A stretch of DNA of 64,000 bases from Bryobacterales bacterium (GTDB taxonomy: Bacteria > Acidobacteriota > Terriglobia > Bryobacterales > UBA6623), in assembly GCA_965238125.1 (NCBI GenBank), contig OZ250179.1:2918723-2982722 (forward strand), read 5' to 3'. The translations under genes and the position numbers were made by a program. Shown here piece after piece: positions 59,484 to 64,000 of the stretch (positions are counted from its first letter, which is position 1; every line of letters begins with the position of its first letter). Under the pieces are notes generated by a model. That model ran no database searches. It saw only the letters and a list, made by a program, of their open reading frames with translations, and was not told the DNA's origin.

Positions 59484-60686
59484 CTACCCCGCCTCCGTAT
59501 CCTCGTGCGCCCGAGCCTCCCCGCTGCGCACAATCGCAAACTTCGTACTAATCGGCCCGAACATCTCATAGACCACAACCGACGCCAAAATCACCGTCGT
59601 AACGACCTCGGCATAGAGCGGGAAACGGCGGTCGACTGCCAACGCGATGCCCACCGCCAGCCCGGCTTGCGCCATCAAACCGAACCCCAAATACCGCTGA
59701 ACCAGGGGATCGAGATTTAACCGCCGCGCCCCCCACATCGCCCCAAAGAACTTCCCTCCCGCCCGCGCGATCAAGTACAGGAAACCCAACACGCCGATCG
59801 AGCCGATCAGTTGAACGTCGAGATCCGCCCCGGCGATGACGAAGAAGATGGCGTAAAAGGGCGGATCGGTGCGGGTCAACGTCGCAAACAGGCGATGGCT
59901 GCTCGCCGAGAGATTCACCATCGTCGCGCCGACCGCGAGGCTGGCGATCAGAGTCGACAAATCCAGCAACAACGCCGAACCCACGCACAGCAACACGCAG
60001 CCGGCCAGCAGGATCTGTACTTCCCCGTGCGCGGTCACCTGTTTGGCCCAACCCGCCAACAGCAGGCCTACCAGATAACCCAGCGCGACCGAGCCGACCA
60101 ATTGCCAAACCAGCGGGAACAGAGACCGGTACAGGGTATCCCAGAACGGCTCGCCGATCGCCAAACTGGCCGAGAAATCAATCACCGACGCAACCAGAAT
60201 GAAAATGGCCAAACAGAGAATGTTGTTCACGGCGATGATGCCCAGCAACGTGTTGCTCAGCGGCCCGTCGCTGTTGCACTCGCGGATCACCATCAGCGTC
60301 GAGGCCGGCGCGGTCGCCATCGCCACCGTGCCCAGTAAACATGCGACCTGCCAGGGTTGGCCCGCCGCGAACATGCAAGCAGTGACCAACAACGCGGCCA
60401 AGACGGATTCCGCCAAAGTGACCAGAACGATCTGCCTTCCCACCGTCGCGAACCGTTCGAACTCAAACACCGACCCTATCGAAAACAGGATCAACCCCAA
60501 GGCCACTTCGCTGAGAACCCCGAGTGCCGCCAGGTTTTCCGAGCTGACCCACCCCAGTACCGACGGTCCCAGCGCCACGCCGGCCAGGATGTAGCCGGTG
60601 ACCTCGGGTACCCGAACAAACTTCACCAAGTGCCCGGCCAGCAACGCCAGGAGCAAGATAACGCCGAGGGACGTAAGTTCATTCAT
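59484..60686 (-). CDS. Cation:proton antiporter (CPA2/Kef-like)
   Basis: VPEVTGYILAGVALGP, ATAPAST, AIFFVIAGA, RAGGK, QAGLA; ~12 TM. Confidence 0.88.
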   Translation of the reverse strand: MNELTSLGVILLLALLAGHLVKFVRVPEVTGYILAGVALGPSVLGWVSSENLAALGVLSEVALGLILFSIGSVFEFERFATVGRQIVLVTLAESVLAALLVTACMFAAGQPWQVACLLGTVAMATAPASTLMVIRECNSDGPLSNTLLGIIAVNNILCLAIFILVASVIDFSASLAIGEPFWDTLYRSLFPLVWQLVGSVALGYLVGLLLAGWAKQVTAHGEVQILLAGCVLLCVGSALLLDLSTLIASLAVGATMVNLSASSHRLFATLTRTDPPFYAIFFVIAGADLDVQLIGSIGVLGFLYLIARAGGKFFGAMWGARRLNLDPLVQRYLGFGLMAQAGLAVGIALAVDRRFPLYAEVVTTVILASVVVYEMFGPISTKFAIVRSGEARAHEDTEAG

Positions 60687-60854
60687 GGTGAATCAGAGGC
60701 AGCAAACTGCCTCGCAGAGATCGCGGCCCACGACCGGCGACAACCCAAGCGACGACCAATTTCTCAATCCTAGCGGCAGCCCCAAGCCCGTAGCGCAACT
60801 CCCCTTGAGACCCACGGCTCTATCTCCTCATGCAGGCCTACGCCCCGGCGAACA

Positions 60855-62060
60855 TCACCCCGCCGCCGGCCGGGCCTCCACGAACCGCGTTTCGACCAAC
60901 AAAACCACCAAGGCCGCCGCACCCAGCACCACCGACGCCCCCGCCGTCCACACCACCGCTTCGATGCTGATCACCGCCGTCAGCCTTGACGCCGCCCAGC
61001 ACGCCACACTGCCTCCCACGACAAAGAACGCGAGCAGAAAGGTCAACGCCGAACTCTGCCGCGGGCCTAGTTGTCGGCCGATCCAACGCAACAGCAGCGA
61101 AAGCAGCACGCCCGTGCCGGCGCCGAAGACGACCGTTCCCGCGACGATCCCCGACGGCTCCGTCGCTCGCAGCAAGAAGGCGCAGCCGATACCGCAGCCG
61201 ACAACCGCCCCAAGCATCCGGCTCGAGCGTTCTTCGAGCCCGGCAAACCGCCGACCCGCCAATAAGGCCGTGATGATCGCCAGCCAATAGACGATCCCTA
61301 CCGCGATGCCCAGGTGCAGTCCCGAACCCAGCTTGCCGCCTACGTAGATCGGCAGAAGGCCGGCCATCGTTCCGTGCGCTCCGCCGAAAAGCCCGACCAC
61401 CAGCGTCAACAGCAACCCGCTCGGGGTCATGAGGATTTTCCACCCGCTCGCCACAACGTCAGGCGCAACCCGGCGCGGCGCGTGCATCAGCCACGATAGC
61501 AACGCCGCCGATGCAAGCAAAGCGGCCAACCAGAGCATCATCGACGAAAGCGTGAGGACTCTGAAGAAGATCCACACGAAGAGACTGATCGTCAGGGCGC
61601 CCCAAGCCCATGCAAACCCCAACAGTCCCGCGGCTGTTTCCGTTCGCGCGATGACGCTCAGGAGCAAAGGCGGCTGTGTGCCCACCAGTAAGCCGACGGC
61701 GATCCCCATTCCCACAGCCGGCGGCAATACGCCCGCGGGAGAATAGGTGGTCGACAAAGCGGCCAAGCTCAGCGAAGAGCATAGTCCCGACATGACTACC
61801 GCGAAGCCGCCCAGATCCCCTTTCCGCAACACCCGAGCCGAGCCGACGGAAGCGGCAACGACTCCCGCGCCGAAGGCCGGCATGCCTTGACCCGCCAACC
61901 CGACATCCATGTTCGATTGCGCCGACCACAACGTGAAAACAATCCCCGGCAGCGTCAGTTCCGCGCCCAACAGCAAAGCCGCGAACGCCGCGGCTCGAAC
62001 CGCCGCGGGCTCCGGTGTGCCCGTCGAGGCGACGGCGGGTTCTTGCGGGCTTTGAATCAC
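60855..62060 (-). CDS. MFS-like transporter
   Basis: ~12 hydrophobic segments in two halves. An extended -10 (TGCTAGAAT) just upstream suggests a leaderless GTG start. Confidence 0.7.
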   Translation of the reverse strand: MIQSPQEPAVASTGTPEPAAVRAAAFAALLLGAELTLPGIVFTLWSAQSNMDVGLAGQGMPAFGAGVVAASVGSARVLRKGDLGGFAVVMSGLCSSLSLAALSTTYSPAGVLPPAVGMGIAVGLLVGTQPPLLLSVIARTETAAGLLGFAWAWGALTISLFVWIFFRVLTLSSMMLWLAALLASAALLSWLMHAPRRVAPDVVASGWKILMTPSGLLLTLVVGLFGGAHGTMAGLLPIYVGGKLGSGLHLGIAVGIVYWLAIITALLAGRRFAGLEERSSRMLGAVVGCGIGCAFLLRATEPSGIVAGTVVFGAGTGVLLSLLLRWIGRQLGPRQSSALTFLLAFFVVGGSVACWAASRLTAVISIEAVVWTAGASVVLGAAALVVLLVETRFVEARPAAG

Positions 62061-62142
62061 CCGTGCATTCTAGCAAGCGCCGTCGGTGCAACTGAAATAC
62101 GGTTTGTTGGACTCAACCAGGGCTGGATCTGTGAGATCTCAT

Positions 62143-62302
62143 AAACAGGCTCAAGTGGCGGCCGCGTTCCGCCGAGGCTACCACCTGCGGTTTCAAGCAT
62201 TTGCGCCGCATCGGCGTCATCAGCCGAAGCCGGCACGCCGCTTGCAGGGAATCGACCTAGGGAAGCCCGGAGGTTCGGATTTCTGAGGGTCTGAGCCGCT
62301 TT
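62143..62302 (-). ncRNA. ssrS: Probable 6S RNA
   Basis: Manual folding gives a rod with GGCTCA/TGAGCC, CCGGGCT/AGCCTCGG, CCTGC/GCAGG, AAGC/GCTT, CGGCGT/ACGCCG and an apical cUUCGg loop. Segments CGGGCTTCCCTAGGTCGATT and CTTGAA..AGCCTCGGCGG recall conserved 6S motifs. Ends approximate. Confidence 0.55.
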
Positions 62303-62333
62303 GGAGGGTTACCTCAACCCCGCATGGGGTTTC

Positions 62334-62371
62334 AAAGTCCCGGTCTATGGGGTGGACCGGGACTTTTTTTT
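62334..62371. terminator. Rho-independent terminator, possibly bidirectional
   Basis: AAAGTCCCGGTC / GACCGGGACTTT stem followed by T8. Confidence 0.75.
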
Positions 62372-62448
62372 CGAGTGACGTGATACGCCTCCAGGAGTCT
62401 TGCCGCCATTCCCGGCAACATGTCCCGTCGAGACTCCCCGCGACGGCC

Positions 62449-62941
62449 TCAGCTCTTGCGCGCCGCCCACCCGCCCACCAACGGCAGGTGGAACTTCTTC
62501 CCCTGGAAAGCCTTAATGGCCCCGAGAACCGCCAACACGAAGAACCCCAGCACGATCAGGCTTTGAAGAGGCGGGAAGAAAAACCCCACGCCGATCATGC
62601 TGAAAATCCCGCCCAGAATCGCAAGCCCAATGTAGCCCACCATCAAACCCCCGAATAGCAGCAGCGACTGCATGCAGTGGAAGCGCACCAGCCGATCTTT
62701 ATTGAACGGCTCGATCATCAGAAAAAGCACCGCCAAGGGAGTGACGTAGGCCAGAGCCGCCGCGATATCTTGCGAGCCCGCGACGGATGCGCCACCGGGA
62801 GCGCTCTCGGGAGCACTATGGGCTTCGGGTCCCGCCGGGTTGCGCGGCCTGAGACGCACCAGGTTCGGCGGTGGCAGTTCCGCACTGGGCGCAAAACCTC
62901 ACTCCACTGACATCGGCGCCGCATTGCGTGCAAAAAGGCAT
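62449..62941 (-). pseudogene. Zinc-ribbon + DUF4870-like membrane protein, split by a frameshift in the linker
   Basis: 62816-62941 encodes MPFCTQCGADVSGVRFCAQCGT (CxxC..CxxC). 62449-62859 encodes AAALAYV..KDRLVRFHCMQS..KAFQGKKFHLPLVG. Confidence 0.7.
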
Positions 62942-63036
62942 CAGATTTCACTCCCGCTCAACAAAGGAAAGGCCGCGATCGGCGATCCGCGACCGTTGCG
63001 GCCAGTATACCGTGAGAGGCCGAACCAACGTGCGAT

Positions 63037-63390
63037 GGGTGTGCGACATAAATGTGGGAGAATTGGCAGGTCGCGGGCACCGGAAAAGGCTCTTGCAATC
63101 GAAACCGTCTCGTACCGAGGGGCGGCAGACGCTCGAGCGGCCCCGGCAGGGGCCCCGGAATTTAGTGGGACCGAAGGCATTAAACGAAATAGCCCTGGAG
63201 GGGCGCGGGAAATCTTGTTCCGGCGCCCCGCTGGGGCTTCCCGTCCGGTGTCCCTTTTTCCCACCGCTGAAGCCGTGGGAAAAATTCCAGGGCTCCCGCC
63301 GGAGCCTGTGGGCGTGGATTTCCGAGTACAACTCTACTTTCGATCGCTCGCGTCGCGAGAAAGGATGTCCCACATTTAGGTCGCGCACCC
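63037..63390. mobile_element. 354-bp MITE with IS256-like ends
   Basis: TIRs GGGTGTGCGACATAAATGTGGGA / TCCCACATTTAGGTCGCGCACCC; perfect 9-bp TSD ACGTGCGAT (63028-63036, 63391-63399). Confidence 0.88.
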
Positions 63391-63439
63391 ACGTGCGATT
63401 CGCGCTCCTCCGCTCCTTCGAGGCCGCGTCCGCGAATCT

Positions 63440-63913
63440 CTACCGCCGCCTCGCCTCGAAAAACTTCCTCAGCCGCCGCAGGCATTCCTCGGCCAATACG
63501 CCCTCGACGACTTCGACCCTGTGGTTCAACAACTCCGAGTCCGCCACGCGAAACTTGCTGCGCACCGCCCCGAAGCGCAGGTCGCGCGTCCCGAAGACCA
63601 ACCGCTTGACCCGCGCGTTCACCAACGCCCCGGCGCACATCGCACACGGCTCCATTGTTACGTAAAGCGTAGCCGCGGTCAGTCGGTAGGTGTCGAGCCG
63701 GCGGGAAGCCTCACGGAGCGCGATCATCTCGGCGTGCGCCGTCGGGTCGCGCGAAGCAATCGGAGAATTGGCGCCGGCGCCGACGATCTTGCCGCCCGCC
63801 ACGACCACCGCGCCCACCGGCACCTCGCCCCGCGCTTCGGCTTCGTCCGCCCGCGCCAGCGCTTCGCGCATGAATCGTTCGTCGTTGGCTTGGATTTCCG
63901 CGCCCATTTCCAC
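63440..63913 (-). CDS. tadA: tRNA adenosine(34) deaminase
   Basis: GEVPVGAV, DPTAHAE, LYVTMEPCAMC. Confidence 0.95.
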   Translation of the reverse strand: MEMGAEIQANDERFMREALARADEAEARGEVPVGAVVVAGGKIVGAGANSPIASRDPTAHAEMIALREASRRLDTYRLTAATLYVTMEPCAMCAGALVNARVKRLVFGTRDLRFGAVRSKFRVADSELLNHRVEVVEGVLAEECLRRLRKFFEARRR

Positions 63914-63962
63914 CGAGTCTAACGGAGCCTGGCAGCCCGCCGGCGGAAGCTCATCGAACTAG

Positions 63963-64000
63963 CCCGCATTTCTCACCGCCTGACGAGCAAAGCACACGAA
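63963..64000 (+). mobile_element. Start of another copy of the 190-bp MITE family (or a parent element), cut by the window edge
   Basis: 37/37 identity to the reverse complement of 25763-25799; preceded by CTAG. Confidence 0.8.

Noticed and set aside
22606-60773. Long antisense/shadow ORFs in the track (e.g. 22606-23871, 25920-27155, 48076-49305, 50106-51263, 52772-53833)
   Set aside because: They lie opposite well-supported genes and are an expected artefact of high GC content.
62195-62245. Fluoride (crcB) riboswitch suggested by GCTGATGACGCC upstream of MFS/antiporter genes
   Set aside because: The 5' GGNGATGG..CC stem and AAACCGC linker are missing. The segment fits better as the apex of a 6S-like rod, and the MFS gene has its own -10 box.

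Overview
GC-rich bacterial chromosome, most likely Acidobacteriota (Bryobacterales-like). This is inferred from the tmRNA tag ANNNTQLAYAA, the DUF1800/DUF1501 and PSD1/DUF1501 pairs, a winged-helix/TolB-repeat gene and the style of the intergenic repeats. Housekeeping and metabolic genes (ubiX, aroA, argS, asd, tadA, ssrA, probable 6S RNA, two S9 peptidases, oxidoreductases, transporters) are interleaved with abundant mobile DNA. That includes a decayed integrative island at the tmRNA 3' end, two IS1380, one ISNCY-like, two IS630, one IS1182, an IS200-like tnpA fragment, two MITE families, several REP-like palindrome families, a ~550-bp dispersed repeat and many short gene remnants. The best candidate for an undescribed system is the cassette at 7.6-13.2 kb. 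It holds an XRE-HTH regulator with an apparently non-catalytic S24/LexA-like domain (rebuilt as 269 aa after removing two IS630 copies and a 2-bp TA insertion). It also holds a convergent 154-aa unknown protein, a 47-aa secreted Cys/Pro-rich peptide, a kinase-less ~7-TM membrane protein and a translationally coupled membrane-anchored protein. Together these suggest a peptide signalling (quorum-sensing-like) module. No database searches were run; family calls come from recognised motifs.
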